A stretch of 64,000 nucleotides of DNA from IMG/VR virus record IMGVR_UViG_3300009419_001390. One strand, written 5' to 3'. The translations under genes were made by a program, and so were the position numbers. Below, piece after piece: positions 46,468-56,536 of the stretch (position 1 is its first letter; the number at the start of each line of letters is the position of its first letter). Below the pieces are notes generated by a model, which was not told where the DNA came from, did not search any database, and was given only the letters and a program-made list of their open reading frames with translations. The DNA is from a virus (Duplodnaviria; Heunggongvirae; Uroviricota; Caudoviricetes).

Positions 46468-46890
46468 ATGAGTGAAATGCTACCACTAGGCGAAGGATTG
46501 TTTCCAGCAATGGGATCAATGCGAATAAGGCACAAAATCAGTAAGCTGGCTCCGTTAAAGGACAAAGTACTTGTTCGCGACATGAACTTCAGCGGACGCA
46601 AATTATCAAGTGGTATTGTGTTACTTGGCGATGATAAAACAACAGCTGGTATTCGTCCTCGTTGGGCGCAGGTATATGCTGTGGGACCAGAGCAAACAGA
46701 AGTCACATCTGGACAATGGATCATGGTTGAACATGGTCGTTGGAGCCGCGGTATTGACATTGAAATCAACGATGAACAATTCACTCTACGTCTTGTTGAT
46801 CCCAAAGCTATCATGTTTGTTAGTGACAACGAGCCCGACATTGATGATACTCTGAGCAGTGCTGTTCAGGCAGAAAGCAAGACTAGATAA
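46468..46890 (+). CDS. groES: co-chaperonin GroES-like (Cpn10); start may be an internal ATG (46510/46519)
   Basis: KLAPLKDKVLVR...SGIVLLGD...AQVYAVGP co-linear with GroES IRPLHDRVIVK...GGIVLTGS...GEVLAVGN. Confidence 0.55.
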   Translation: MSEMLPLGEGLFPAMGSMRIRHKISKLAPLKDKVLVRDMNFSGRKLSSGIVLLGDDKTTAGIRPRWAQVYAVGPEQTEVTSGQWIMVEHGRWSRGIDIEINDEQFTLRLVDPKAIMFVSDNEPDIDDTLSSAVQAESKTR

Positions 46891-47036
46891 TGCCAATGTA
46901 CGAAGCTGTGGTGCGTACACCCGAAGGCGAAAAGAAGCAACGGGTGTGGGCACCGGATATGAAAACTGCTCGTCACCTGTTGGAACAAGAGTACGGCATT
47001 AAAAATGTTCCATATCAACCAAAAATAGTTCCTAAC
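46890..47036 (+). CDS. hypothetical 48-aa protein
   Basis: TAATG coupling; not in ORF track. Confidence 0.3.
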
Positions 47037-47047
47037 TAATAATTCCT

Positions 47048-47290
47048 ATGGGATTCCGCAAACCTAACTTAGAAGATGCTTACTCGGTGATACGTAATTC
47101 ATTGGTTGAAATAAATTCGCCATATAATGACGGTTTCACCGGATTCGCTTGCAAACAAGAACTATATCAGTTAAAATGTTGGTTAGAGGATGCTTACGAC
47201 AACTTACCAAATTTTGATGGAGAAGACGCATGGGAACAGGAACGGATAGTACAGATATTAAAGAGGAAGCCAAAAAACGTTCACACGTGA
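47048..47290 (+). CDS. hypothetical protein
   Basis: ORF track. Confidence 0.4.
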   Translation: MGFRKPNLEDAYSVIRNSLVEINSPYNDGFTGFACKQELYQLKCWLEDAYDNLPNFDGEDAWEQERIVQILKRKPKNVHT

Positions 47291-47697
47291 TGGCTAAACT
47301 ATATCGAGGTTCTCTTGATATACTGCGCACCAAACACGAAATTCTAAGCAACAGTCTTATTGGACATGTTCGTAGTTTTGATCGAGACGCAGAAGAAAAA
47401 GATTATGCCTACGTTGAAAGCATGGGCTTTTGGCGCATGCTGGTAGAATTAATATTCCAAGTGTATGTACAGGTCAGTTTGTGCGTGGGCATACTGTTGG
47501 TGGTACTGCTGGTAATCTTTGCTTGGCCAATTCGATTCATGGTCGAAGCATTTTCTGGTAGTCTTTTTGCAAGTCACAAAACTATCTACGCATACGAACC
47601 ACATATACAACCAACCATGGACCCTGCGCCCGAACCAGCTGATACAAAAGTAGTTCGTCGCATGGTGTACGAAGAAACAAAGGTACCTAAAAAATGA
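47290..47697 (+). CDS. membrane protein (central TM segment)
   Basis: TGATG coupling; hydrophobic core LLVVLLVIFAWPI. Confidence 0.4.
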   Translation: MAKLYRGSLDILRTKHEILSNSLIGHVRSFDRDAEEKDYAYVESMGFWRMLVELIFQVYVQVSLCVGILLVVLLVIFAWPIRFMVEAFSGSLFASHKTIYAYEPHIQPTMDPAPEPADTKVVRRMVYEETKVPKK

Positions 47698-47915
47698 GAT
47701 TCAAACTAGACATTCCTGCTAACCCTGTTCAAGGGGATACCACAGCATGGAAACCAGTATTCTTACTGTTCCCAAAACAAATTGAAAATCAAATTGTTTG
47801 GCTTGAGACCGTGAAGTATCGTAAAATATACATGATCAAACAACGTCCTACCAAAGCCGGCCCTGTGCTTGGCGGTGCGTGGGAACATGAATGGAAGTTA
47901 CCGGAGAACGTATGA
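47694..47915 (+). CDS. hypothetical protein
   Basis: ATGA coupling both ends. Confidence 0.4.
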   Translation: MRFKLDIPANPVQGDTTAWKPVFLLFPKQIENQIVWLETVKYRKIYMIKQRPTKAGPVLGGAWEHEWKLPENV

Positions 47916-48829
47916 AAGAATTGTGGGTAGAAAAATACCGTCCCAAGACCATGGGCGAATATGTGTTCATTGATGACACACAGCGTGATCAAGTTGCGGC
48001 TTGGGTCAAAGATGGACACATCCCACATTTGTTGCTGAGTGGAGGTCCTGGCACTGGCAAGACCACACTAGCACGTATGCTGATCAATGAGCTCAAGATT
48101 GACGAATACGATGTGATGCAGATCAATGCCAGTAACGAAACCAAGGTTGAGATCATGCGTGACAAGGTACTTGGCTTTGCAAGTACCATGCCGTTTGGTG
48201 AGTTCAAAGTTATCCTGTTAGACGAGGCAGACTATCTAAGTCCCAACTCACAGGCATTGTTGCGTAATGCAATGGAAACATATCACGCCAGTGTGCGTTT
48301 TATATTCACTTGCAATGCGCCACACAAGATTATTCCTGCACTGCATTCACGGTGCCAGGGTTTTCATATTGCCAAACAGGATCATACAGAGTTTACAGCT
48401 AGAGTGGCCACTGTGTTGGTAACAGAAGGCATTGATTTTGATATTGACACACTGGACAGTTATGTCAAAGCAACATATCCTGATCTGCGTAAATGTTTGA
48501 ATCTGGTGCAATTGAACGGACAAGATGGCGCTCTCAAGAAACCACGTGAAGGTGACAAGTCTGTAAGTGACTGGAAACTTGACACTGTGGAACTGTTCAA
48601 ATCTGGCAAAATTCGCGAAGCACGTCAATTGCTATGCACACAAGCGGCTCCAGAAGAAATGGAAGATGTATTCCGTTGGATGTATGACAACGTCGACATC
48701 TGGGGCAAAACACCAGAACAACAAGACTCTGCTATCTTAATCATTCGCAAAGGTTTGGTCAACCATACCATGTGTGCTGATTCTGAAATCAATTTGAGTG
48801 CTACAATAATTGAGCTTACACAACTTTAA
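47912..48829 (+). CDS. sliding-clamp loader AAA+ subunit (T4 gp44 / RFC small subunit-like)
   Basis: Walker A GGPGTGKTT, Walker B ILLDEAD, SRC motif (HSRCQGF). Confidence 0.75.
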   Translation: MKELWVEKYRPKTMGEYVFIDDTQRDQVAAWVKDGHIPHLLLSGGPGTGKTTLARMLINELKIDEYDVMQINASNETKVEIMRDKVLGFASTMPFGEFKVILLDEADYLSPNSQALLRNAMETYHASVRFIFTCNAPHKIIPALHSRCQGFHIAKQDHTEFTARVATVLVTEGIDFDIDTLDSYVKATYPDLRKCLNLVQLNGQDGALKKPREGDKSVSDWKLDTVELFKSGKIREARQLLCTQAAPEEMEDVFRWMYDNVDIWGKTPEQQDSAILIIRKGLVNHTMCADSEINLSATIIELTQL

Positions 48830-49938
48830 TGCAAGACTTTGAAATACTTGAACCTTTCCCTGGTCCTGAAAGCAAGATGTCTTTTTTGCTGGATTGGGAG
48901 CTCACTCTCAAGTGTAACCTAGATTGTTCCTACTGCGGCGATGGTCATGACAACAGCACCAAACATCCACCTGTTGCGGAATGTCTAGAAACCATTGACT
49001 TTATGTACAAGTACGTGGATCTCTATATGCAACATAGAATTCGTGGCTTGCAAAGAGTGGTTCTAAATGTGTATGGCGGAGAAAGTCTGCATCATCCAGA
49101 TATTGTCCAGGTGCTAGAACAGGTACGTGCTCGATACCAACCTTATCGAGACCGTTGGAATCTGTGTATAACCACCACAACCAATGCCATTGTTAGTTCA
49201 GCCAAGCTGGAAAAAATCATTCCATTGATTGATGAATTTACAGTAAGCTATCATACAGAATCCACAGACAAGCAAAAAGATCTGTTTAGAAAAAATATAC
49301 TTCAAATCAAAGCCGCTGGCAAAGATATAAAATGTGTGGTGCTGATGCATCCACAAGGCGAATTATTTGATGATGCTCAGCACATGGTCAGCTGGCTGGA
49401 AAAAAATCAAGTTAGACTATTGCCGCGTCAATTGGACCATCAAGAACCTGAAAAATACACTTACAAAGAGCACCAAGTGGTATGGTTTGATAAATTATAC
49501 AACAAAAGCAGTTACGGAGTTGATGTTCAATTGCCTGCAGGAGATACGGATCTAACGCAGACTGGACGAAGCTGTTGTGGTGGCAAACAGCTTTGTGGGG
49601 ATAATAATTTTACCCAACGTCACAGTTTTGTAAACAATGTTTTCACTGGCTGGAGTTGTTCAGTCAACTGGTTCTTTTTATTTGTCAAACAGGTAACAGG
49701 ACATATATACACCAATAGAGATTGTCAGATGAATCTTGAAGGAACTGTGGGTCCAATTGGGCATTTAGATCGCACCCAACAACTGCTGGAAACTCTGGAA
49801 CAACAATTGACTACTGGCACTGTTCCAGTTATTACTTGTGCTAAAAAAATCTGCTATTGTGGATTGTGTGCGCCCAAAGCACAAACCAAAGATCAGTTTG
49901 TAGAAATGTTCAAAAAATATCAAGGAGTAAAAACGTGA
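48829..49938 (+). CDS. radical SAM enzyme with Cys-rich C-terminal (SPASM/twitch-like) region
   Basis: CNLDCSYC (CxxxCxxC) and GGE(S) motif; C-terminal SCCGGKQLC...CAKKICYCGLC. Confidence 0.6.
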   Translation: MQDFEILEPFPGPESKMSFLLDWELTLKCNLDCSYCGDGHDNSTKHPPVAECLETIDFMYKYVDLYMQHRIRGLQRVVLNVYGGESLHHPDIVQVLEQVRARYQPYRDRWNLCITTTTNAIVSSAKLEKIIPLIDEFTVSYHTESTDKQKDLFRKNILQIKAAGKDIKCVVLMHPQGELFDDAQHMVSWLEKNQVRLLPRQLDHQEPEKYTYKEHQVVWFDKLYNKSSYGVDVQLPAGDTDLTQTGRSCCGGKQLCGDNNFTQRHSFVNNVFTGWSCSVNWFFLFVKQVTGHIYTNRDCQMNLEGTVGPIGHLDRTQQLLETLEQQLTTGTVPVITCAKKICYCGLCAPKAQTKDQFVEMFKKYQGVKT

Positions 49939-50378
49939 GTAAAGAAAAAGGCATTTATTTGGTAGCAAAATATTTCATGAAGCCGCAGGCGCATGTGAAC
50001 ACTAGCAAAGCAGGATGGATGGACAACCCAGAAAACATTCGCTGGGACGAACAAATGCTGGTCACTCGCGGGCTCAAATCCAAAGACAACAGTGCTCAAG
50101 TTATTTTGAATTTAAGCGAAAAGTCTGTTGTGCGCAACACCTTCACGCAAGGTAAAACATTCGACGAAGTTTTTATCTACTTTCTAAACGGTTACAGTCA
50201 ATACTTGGTTCCTGTTATGGGACAGCTGGATCGTGAATATCTTGAAGCAATTGCCGCAGAACTGCAAACACAATTGCCTCCAGAAACAATGACAGATGAA
50301 GAAATGAAAGCCGCACAGGCTGCACAATCTTCCAACCAAATCGTTGACGCAGAGTATGAAGAAGTTAAAGCTGAGTGA
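49935..50378 (+). CDS. hypothetical protein (GTG start, AAGGAG SD)
   Basis: GTGA overlap with the radical SAM stop. Confidence 0.4.
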   Translation: MSKEKGIYLVAKYFMKPQAHVNTSKAGWMDNPENIRWDEQMLVTRGLKSKDNSAQVILNLSEKSVVRNTFTQGKTFDEVFIYFLNGYSQYLVPVMGQLDREYLEAIAAELQTQLPPETMTDEEMKAAQAAQSSNQIVDAEYEEVKAE

Positions 50379-50676
50379 AAGCGGACAGCGAGGGTGGTTT
50401 GTGGGTGACTTTCCTGAAGCTGTGCATCGCACCAAGGACTTTGAAGTAAACTGGCAGACCAACGCTCGCCAGCACAGTCCCACACACTATCACAAAATTG
50501 TTACAGAAATACAGTTGGTAACTCGTGGACGCATGATGGTGAATGGTATTATTTTTGAAGCCGGTGACATTTGTGTGCTTGAGCCTGGGGATATGAGTCA
50601 AATACACATCCTGGAAGAAACTGACACAGTAGCCATTAAATTTCCATCTGTGCCCGACGATAAATATTTGTTATGA
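50356..50676 (+). CDS. cupin-fold protein
   Basis: GWFVGDF...HYH...GDICVLEPGD...AIKFPS cupin-like motif pattern. Confidence 0.45.
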   Translation: MKKLKLSESGQRGWFVGDFPEAVHRTKDFEVNWQTNARQHSPTHYHKIVTEIQLVTRGRMMVNGIIFEAGDICVLEPGDMSQIHILEETDTVAIKFPSVPDDKYLL

Positions 50677-50918
50677 TGCACCCAAAATTTCTAAAGGCAA
50701 TGAAGGCACCCAAGAAGCGGGCAGTGGATCCTCTTGCTCCACCACGCCCAAACTTGCTTTCACATGACAAAGAAATTCGTGGAATGAAAACCACTGGCGA
50801 ACTTGCTATGCAACAAATCATGAACTTGCAAGATCAGGTACACAAGCTAGAACGCAAACTAGCCCGCCAAACCAGCTACTTAGACGCCCTACACCGCCAG
50901 TCCGTGCTTAAAAAATAA
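50673..50918 (+). CDS. hypothetical basic/coiled-coil protein
   Basis: ATGA coupling. Confidence 0.4.
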   Translation: MMHPKFLKAMKAPKKRAVDPLAPPRPNLLSHDKEIRGMKTTGELAMQQIMNLQDQVHKLERKLARQTSYLDALHRQSVLKK

Positions 50919-51004
50919 GCAGAAGTAGCACTTTTGCAACATTTTTGGGCAAAAAACCCTTATAAATCAATGACTTACAGCACCTGAAAAGTGCTGTAAA
51001 ACGG

Positions 51005-51033
51005 TTGACCCAAATGGCTCGTTTTGCTATACT
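51005..51033 (+). promoter_or_regulatory. early promoter box cggTTGACC-17-TATACT (copy 3)
   Basis: aaaacggttgacc.aaatggctc.ttttg.tatact shared with 6891..6926. Confidence 0.6.
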
Positions 51034-51063
51034 ATATTCATAGTAAACAAATAAGGAGCTGAA

Positions 51064-51297
51064 ATGACTGAATTCGAAAAAAACTGCTACGGTATAACAG
51101 AAGCTGATATCCGTGAAGAATACATGGAATCAATTACTGCTAGATTCAGCGGACTGGAAATGGTTGCAATGGGTGTGCTGAGTGATGCACAAGAACTGTT
51201 GGCAATGGGCCGTTCAGATGCCGCTCGCAAGCAGATGAACATTGCAAAATTTATCCTGTCAGAAATGATGGAAGCTCGTCGTTCAGTGGAGGCTTAA
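51064..51297 (+). CDS. hypothetical protein
   Basis: AAGGAG SD. Confidence 0.45.
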   Translation: MTEFEKNCYGITEADIREEYMESITARFSGLEMVAMGVLSDAQELLAMGRSDAARKQMNIAKFILSEMMEARRSVEA

Positions 51298-51298
51298 T

Positions 51299-51580
51299 AT
51301 GAAACAGAATCATACCATGTACATCTACAAAACGGACCGTCGTACAAAAACTGGCGAGCGTCTGTTCAGTACTACAGTTTGGCAAAACCGTGATGCGGCT
51401 GAAATGCGCCGTGAAGTGCGTGAACTGCAATATCAACTGTACCCTACCAGCCAGTTCCGCATTGAGTTCCATCCTACCACTGTGACTGTGAAGAACTTGA
51501 TGACTGGCAAAGATATCCAAATTGATCGTGACACTCCTTGGTGTTGCAACCCGGCGTCTGAAACTTATTGGAGCATGTGA
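51299..51580 (+). CDS. hypothetical protein
   Basis: ORF track. Confidence 0.4.
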   Translation: MKQNHTMYIYKTDRRTKTGERLFSTTVWQNRDAAEMRREVRELQYQLYPTSQFRIEFHPTTVTVKNLMTGKDIQIDRDTPWCCNPASETYWSM

Positions 51581-51582
51581 AC

Positions 51583-52269
51583 ATGGCCAAGACCTACAAG
51601 ATTGAATCCCGTAAACTGGTTGCCCTGGCTTTTGCGGCTCAGCGTGTGAATGGTGCCATGTACAAAGACAATCTTTTCTTTGACACCAGCAAGGATGCGG
51701 TTGTTGAAGTGGTTCCAAACAAGACCTTGATGTTCAACAGTTTTGCAATCGAACCCGGTAGCAATCCAGAGCTGGTACCCACAGACGAAGACTTTGCACA
51801 AGCAGATGCGGCTATCAGTGCTATTCAGGGTGACGTACTGATCAAGAAACTTGCAGATCGCCGTGTTAATGATTTCCAATTCAAACTCAGTGAAACAATC
51901 AGTCAGCCCACTTGCACCCAACGTGACTGCGGCTTGGTTGCGTTTGTGCCCAAGACCTATGTTGGCATGCTAGAGCGCCAGGAAAAAACTGAAGCCAAAA
52001 TTGTGTTGGCCAGTACCAGTGAGTATCTGGGCCGTGTGGGTGAAAAACTACAACTGGATTTTGTTCTAATTGACAGCCGTTACCTTCAGCAGTATAATTG
52101 CTACTCTGTTACAGGGCATGATGATAATGGCAACATGGTTAGTTTTTTGACTGCGCACCAGTCACTGGCCCAAAGCGGACGCATTGCTGGCAAGGTCAAA
52201 CGTATTGAACAAAGCCCGTATCACAATGGCGCCAAGGTAACCCAACTGAATTTTGTAAAGGCAATATAA
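51583..52269 (+). CDS. hypothetical protein (about 228 aa)
   Basis: ORF track 51568 with ATG at 51583. Confidence 0.45.
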   Translation: MAKTYKIESRKLVALAFAAQRVNGAMYKDNLFFDTSKDAVVEVVPNKTLMFNSFAIEPGSNPELVPTDEDFAQADAAISAIQGDVLIKKLADRRVNDFQFKLSETISQPTCTQRDCGLVAFVPKTYVGMLERQEKTEAKIVLASTSEYLGRVGEKLQLDFVLIDSRYLQQYNCYSVTGHDDNGNMVSFLTAHQSLAQSGRIAGKVKRIEQSPYHNGAKVTQLNFVKAI

Positions 52270-52658
52270 TGGAATTTGAAAAAAAAGTAAATTGGCAGAC
52301 TCACACCGGCGGTAATGGCCTGTGGAGCAAAGAGCAAAAAGCCGTTACCATCCTTGAGGTATCTTTACGCAATGTCAATGACGAGGGTGACTTCGGCGAA
52401 CTGTGTGCAAGATTCGACACCAAGACTTGGAACTGTGATGCCGACGGACTGATCTATACAGACAATATCTGGCTTGATGAGTTTCGTGCTCTCATGCGTA
52501 GCCTGGGTTTTACTCGTGCCGCTGTGAACGACATCAGCTTTAGCGAACAAGGCATGCAAGGTTGTAACTTTGTGAGCATGGATGTGGGCGAGAATTTCAT
52601 GCGTGAAGTAGAACCCATGTATCGTTTTACCATTAACAAAGAGGCTATCAATGCTTGA
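52269..52658 (+). CDS. hypothetical protein
   Basis: TAATG coupling. Confidence 0.4.
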   Translation: MEFEKKVNWQTHTGGNGLWSKEQKAVTILEVSLRNVNDEGDFGELCARFDTKTWNCDADGLIYTDNIWLDEFRALMRSLGFTRAAVNDISFSEQGMQGCNFVSMDVGENFMREVEPMYRFTINKEAINA

Positions 52659-52938
52659 TTTTAGTGATTACCATATTCCCGATCATACGCAGACTGCGCT
52701 GACAGACTATATTGAGCGTGGTATTCCTGTGGGCGGATTCTTGCATGCTGTACTCAGCAACGATCTTTTTGGTGCTGTGGGCCGTGCTGACGCACAAAAT
52801 TTGCCCGCACTCAAGGACATCACCGGCTGGATTTTTATGCAGGCTCCGCAGGGCAGTTGGGGTAGTGAAGCCCTGGTACTTCGTTGGATACAAGAACATC
52901 CTTCAAAGAAGTCAAGAGGTCCAAAAGATATTGCATAA
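52651..52938 (+). CDS. hypothetical protein
   Basis: overlapping start. Confidence 0.4.
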   Translation: MLDFSDYHIPDHTQTALTDYIERGIPVGGFLHAVLSNDLFGAVGRADAQNLPALKDITGWIFMQAPQGSWGSEALVLRWIQEHPSKKSRGPKDIA

Positions 52939-52962
52939 TCTGCGATTGTCTGTTACACTTGG

Positions 52963-52970
52963 TATAAATA
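52963..52970 (+). promoter_or_regulatory. perfect T4-type late promoter motif TATAAATA upstream of dnaK
   Basis: exact 8-mer. Confidence 0.4.
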
Positions 52971-52973
52971 TTT

Positions 52974-53002
52974 GTACGTGGATGCCACTGCGGTCCACGT
53001 AC
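52974..53002 (+). promoter_or_regulatory. perfect 9-bp inverted repeat (GTACGTGGA-N11-TCCACGTAC) in the dnaK leader
   Basis: read from sequence; sits between promoter motif and AAGGAG SD. Confidence 0.5.
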
Positions 53003-53029
53003 AAAACCATTTGTTTAAGGAGATAAAAA

Positions 53030-54964
53030 ATGGGCAAAATCATCGGTATCGATCTGGGTACCACAAACTCGTGTGTTGCCGTAATGGAAGGCAACGTTCC
53101 AAAAGTAATCGAAAACAGCGAAGGCGCACGTACTACCCCTAGTATTGTAGCATACGCCAATGACGAAGTCTTGGTTGGTGCAAGTGCAAAACGTCAGGCT
53201 GTGACCAATTCAAAGAACACCATCTACGCCGCCAAGCGTCTGATTGGTCGTAAGTTCAAAGAAGACGCTGTGCAGAAAGACATCGATATGATGCCTTTCA
53301 AAATTGTTGAAGCTAAAAATGGTGATGCTTGGATCAGCGCCAACAACAGCGAACTAGCACCACCGCAAATCTCAGCTGAGGTATTGCGTAAAATGAAACA
53401 AACTGCTGAGGCATACCTTGGCACAGAAGTAACCCAAGCAGTTATCACAGTTCCTGCTTACTTCAATGACTCACAACGTCAAGCAACCAAAGACGCAGGT
53501 AAAATTGCAGGCCTAGAAGTGTTGCGTATCATCAATGAACCAACAGCGGCGGCTCTTGCTTATGGCATGGACAAAGCCACCAAGAAGGATGCCAAGATTA
53601 TTGTTTATGATCTAGGTGGCGGCACATTTGACGTATCGGTCATTGAAATTGCCAACGTGGATGGTGACAAACAGTTTGAAGTTCTTGCTACCAATGGTGA
53701 CACATTCTTGGGCGGTGAAGACTTTGACCAACGCATCATGGACTACTTGGTTGAAGAGTTCCAAAAAGAATCAGGTGTTGATCTAAGCAAGGACACACTG
53801 GCACTGCAACGTCTAAAGGACAGCGCAGAAAAGGCCAAGATTGAACTGTCTAGCAACACACAAACAGAAATCAACTTGCCTTATATCACAGCTGATGCAA
53901 GCGGTCCCAAGCACATGGCAATCAAACTAAGTCGTAGCAAGCTGGAAGGCTTGGTAACAGACTTGGTAGAACGTTCAATTGAACCATGCCGCATTGCTCT
54001 CAAGGATGCAGGCCTAACTACTGCCGACATTGACGACATTATCCTTGTTGGTGGACAAACACGCATGCCCATGGTACAAGGCTACGTGGAAAGTTTCTTT
54101 GGCAAGGCACCACGCAAAGACGTGAACCCAGGCGAAGCAGTGGCCGCGGGTGCGGCTATCCAGGGTGCTGTGTTGGCTGGAGACAAAACGGATGTTCTAC
54201 TCCTAGATGTCACACCACTCTCACTGGGTATCGAAACGCAAGGTGGAATTATGGCCAAGGTTATTACCAAGAACACAACCATTCCTACCAAGCAAACACA
54301 AGTGTTCTCCACAGCCGAGGACAATCAACCTGCGGTAACTATCAAGGTACATCAAGGTGAACGTGAAATGGCTCAGCACAACAAACTGTTGGGCGAGTTC
54401 AACTTAGAAGGTATTCCACCTGCCGCACGTGGCACACCGCAGATTGAAGTTACATTTGATGTGGACGTAAACGGTATCCTCAAGGTAAGTGCCAAAGACA
54501 AAGTCACAGGCAAGAGCAACAACATTACTATCAAGGCCAATTCAGGTCTGACAGAAGCCGAAATTGCACAGATGGTTGCGGATGCAGAAGCTAATGCCGA
54601 AGCTGACAAGAAGCAACGTGAACTGGTTGAGACTCGAAATGCGGCTGAACATCAAGTGTGGGGAGTTGAGAAAAATCTCAAGGAGCACGGTGACAAACTA
54701 TCTGAAGAAGAGCGCGAAGCAATTAAAACTGCCTTGCACGATTTCAAGAAAGTGCTGTCAGATGAAACAGATCCAGACAAGATCAATGAAGCTCTGCAGG
54801 CATTTGTACCAAAAGCCATGCCATTGTTTAACCTAGCCGGTCAAGCCGAAGAGGAAAAACAAAAGGCTGATGCTGAAGAAGTTAAATCCAAGAAGGAAGG
54901 CAAAGACGATAATGTAGTTGATGCTGAATTTACGGAAGTCAAAAAAGACGAAGAGTCTAAATAA
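53030..54964 (+). CDS. dnaK: molecular chaperone DnaK (Hsp70)
   Basis: [36 protein letters not shown] and full-length Hsp70 architecture ending in Glu/Lys-rich tail. Confidence 0.9.
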   Translation: MGKIIGIDLGTTNSCVAVMEGNVPKVIENSEGARTTPSIVAYANDEVLVGASAKRQAVTNSKNTIYAAKRLIGRKFKEDAVQKDIDMMPFKIVEAKNGDAWISANNSELAPPQISAEVLRKMKQTAEAYLGTEVTQAVITVPAYFNDSQRQATKDAGKIAGLEVLRIINEPTAAALAYGMDKATKKDAKIIVYDLGGGTFDVSVIEIANVDGDKQFEVLATNGDTFLGGEDFDQRIMDYLVEEFQKESGVDLSKDTLALQRLKDSAEKAKIELSSNTQTEINLPYITADASGPKHMAIKLSRSKLEGLVTDLVERSIEPCRIALKDAGLTTADIDDIILVGGQTRMPMVQGYVESFFGKAPRKDVNPGEAVAAGAAIQGAVLAGDKTDVLLLDVTPLSLGIETQGGIMAKVITKNTTIPTKQTQVFSTAEDNQPAVTIKVHQGEREMAQHNKLLGEFNLEGIPPAARGTPQIEVTFDVDVNGILKVSAKDKVTGKSNNITIKANSGLTEAEIAQMVADAEANAEADKKQRELVETRNAAEHQVWGVEKNLKEHGDKLSEEEREAIKTALHDFKKVLSDETDPDKINEALQAFVPKAMPLFNLAGQAEEEKQKADAEEVKSKKEGKDDNVVDAEFTEVKKDEESK

Positions 54965-55008
54965 ACAACAAGGGGACTTAGGTCCCCTTACTTATTTCAA
55001 GGTATTAT

Positions 55009-55596
55009 ATGAATAATCGAACGATACTAACAGACTGCGATGGCGTGTTGTTGGATTGGGAATGGGCGTTTGGTATCTGGATGCAAGAGCGTGGTTATGT
55101 GCAACGACCCAATGCAAAAGACTATTACACAATACATGACCAATTTGACAATCTAACTTGGACAGAAGCCAAAAAGTTTACCCGGCTGTTTAACGAGTCG
55201 GCTGCTATAGGATTCCTGCCGCCACTAAGAGATAGCGTGTACTGGGTACGGCGATTAAACGAGGAACTTGGCTACAGGTTTATTTGCATTACCAGCCTCT
55301 CAACTGACGTAAATGCACAAAAACTACGCCGCATGAACCTAGAGAAATACTACGGTGATGTGTTTGATGATGTGGTTTGTTTGGAGACAGGCAGTGACAA
55401 ACATGAAGCACTTGACAAGTTTGCAGGCACCGGCCACTGGTGGATAGAAGATAAGCCAGAGAATGCCGATGTGGGCTTCGAGCGCGGGCTTAGAAGCATC
55501 TTAATTGAACACGGGCATAATATGAAGCATACATGCCCGTATCCAATTGTTAAGAATTGGAAGGAGATTTTTGAAATAGTCTCCGCCAAAGATTAA
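55009..55596 (+). CDS. HAD-superfamily 5-prime(3-prime)-deoxyribonucleotidase-like (NT5C family)
   Basis: DCDGVLLDW motif I, ICITS motif II, late K...D(D) motifs. Confidence 0.5.
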   Translation: MNNRTILTDCDGVLLDWEWAFGIWMQERGYVQRPNAKDYYTIHDQFDNLTWTEAKKFTRLFNESAAIGFLPPLRDSVYWVRRLNEELGYRFICITSLSTDVNAQKLRRMNLEKYYGDVFDDVVCLETGSDKHEALDKFAGTGHWWIEDKPENADVGFERGLRSILIEHGHNMKHTCPYPIVKNWKEIFEIVSAKD

Positions 55597-56363
55597 ACTT
55601 CTTTATAAATCTTTAGCACCTCCAGCACAGCAGGGTGACGATGTACGTCTCGCCCTGTTAATTCGCATCCAGCAACGTACTGGCTTTTTTGGTACTGTTC
55701 AACCAAGTGTCTAAAATCCAGTAGTCCGTTGTCTGGATCTGCACGGTCGGCCTGACGAGTGTCGCCTGTTACCACCATCTTGGAACCTTCACCTAAACGA
55801 GTCAACAGCATTTTCATTTGCCCGGGTGTGGCATTTTGCATTTCATCTGCGATGATAAATGCGTTCTTAAATGTCCGTCCTCGCATGTATGCCAGTGGAG
55901 AAATCTCAATCTGTTGGTCTTCTAGCATACGGGTGATTTCCTGAGGTCTATAGTACTCCTTCATGATATCAAAAATTGGTCTCGTCCATGGTTCCATCTT
56001 TTGATTGATGTCCCCTGGTAAAAACCCATGTTGTTCATCATCCACACCCACTGCTGGGCGAGTGACCACAATTTTGCTGATACTGCCATTACGCATAGCA
56101 CGTACTGCGGCAATAACAGCCAGCATGGTTTTACCCGTGCCCGCAGGTCCTGTGGCAAAAACAATCATCTTGCTTTCGTCTTTTAATAGGTCTATGTAAA
56201 TTTCCTGGTTACGGCTCTTAGGAATTAGAACCGGTTCTCTGCGCTGATGTGAATACTCTTTGAAGCTGATAGTGTTGTCTTGAGTTGGTTGTACTGCAAG
56301 ACGTTGTTTCCGTTTAGACAAATCTGACTCCCCTGTCGTTGATGTAATGTAGATGTTTTTCAT
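55593..56363 (-). CDS. phoH: PhoH-like ATPase
   Basis: Walker A GPAGTGKT and the conserved PhoH core (AVIAAV...IVVTRPAV...GFLPGD); ATG 56363 preferred over TTG 56387. Confidence 0.8.
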   Translation of the reverse strand: MKNIYITSTTGESDLSKRKQRLAVQPTQDNTISFKEYSHQRREPVLIPKSRNQEIYIDLLKDESKMIVFATGPAGTGKTMLAVIAAVRAMRNGSISKIVVTRPAVGVDDEQHGFLPGDINQKMEPWTRPIFDIMKEYYRPQEITRMLEDQQIEISPLAYMRGRTFKNAFIIADEMQNATPGQMKMLLTRLGEGSKMVVTGDTRQADRADPDNGLLDFRHLVEQYQKSQYVAGCELTGRDVHRHPAVLEVLKIYKEV

Positions 56364-56515
56364 GTTTGCCTTGGCTAGACTTGGCAAACAAGTCTACATG
56401 AATATTTACGGATACCTGTCTATGGTGTAATGTGTAACGTTTAGATTCTGCAAATAACAATAAGTATTAGGCTATCCAGGATTTTTTCAACAATGCCCAG
56501 CTATTAGGCACCAGC

Positions 56516-56522
56516 ATAAATA
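56516..56522 (+). promoter_or_regulatory. late promoter-like motif ATAAATA
   Basis: 15 nt upstream of ATG 56537. Confidence 0.3.
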
Positions 56523-56536
56523 GCTATAAAGGGTAG

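Noticed and set aside
50947-50997. Hairpins GGGCAAAAAACCC and ACAGCAC-CTGAAAA-GTGCTGT upstream of the 51005 promoter as terminators
   Set aside because: The stems are short and are not followed by a U-tract on either strand. Possibly regulatory, but I cannot support an intrinsic terminator call.
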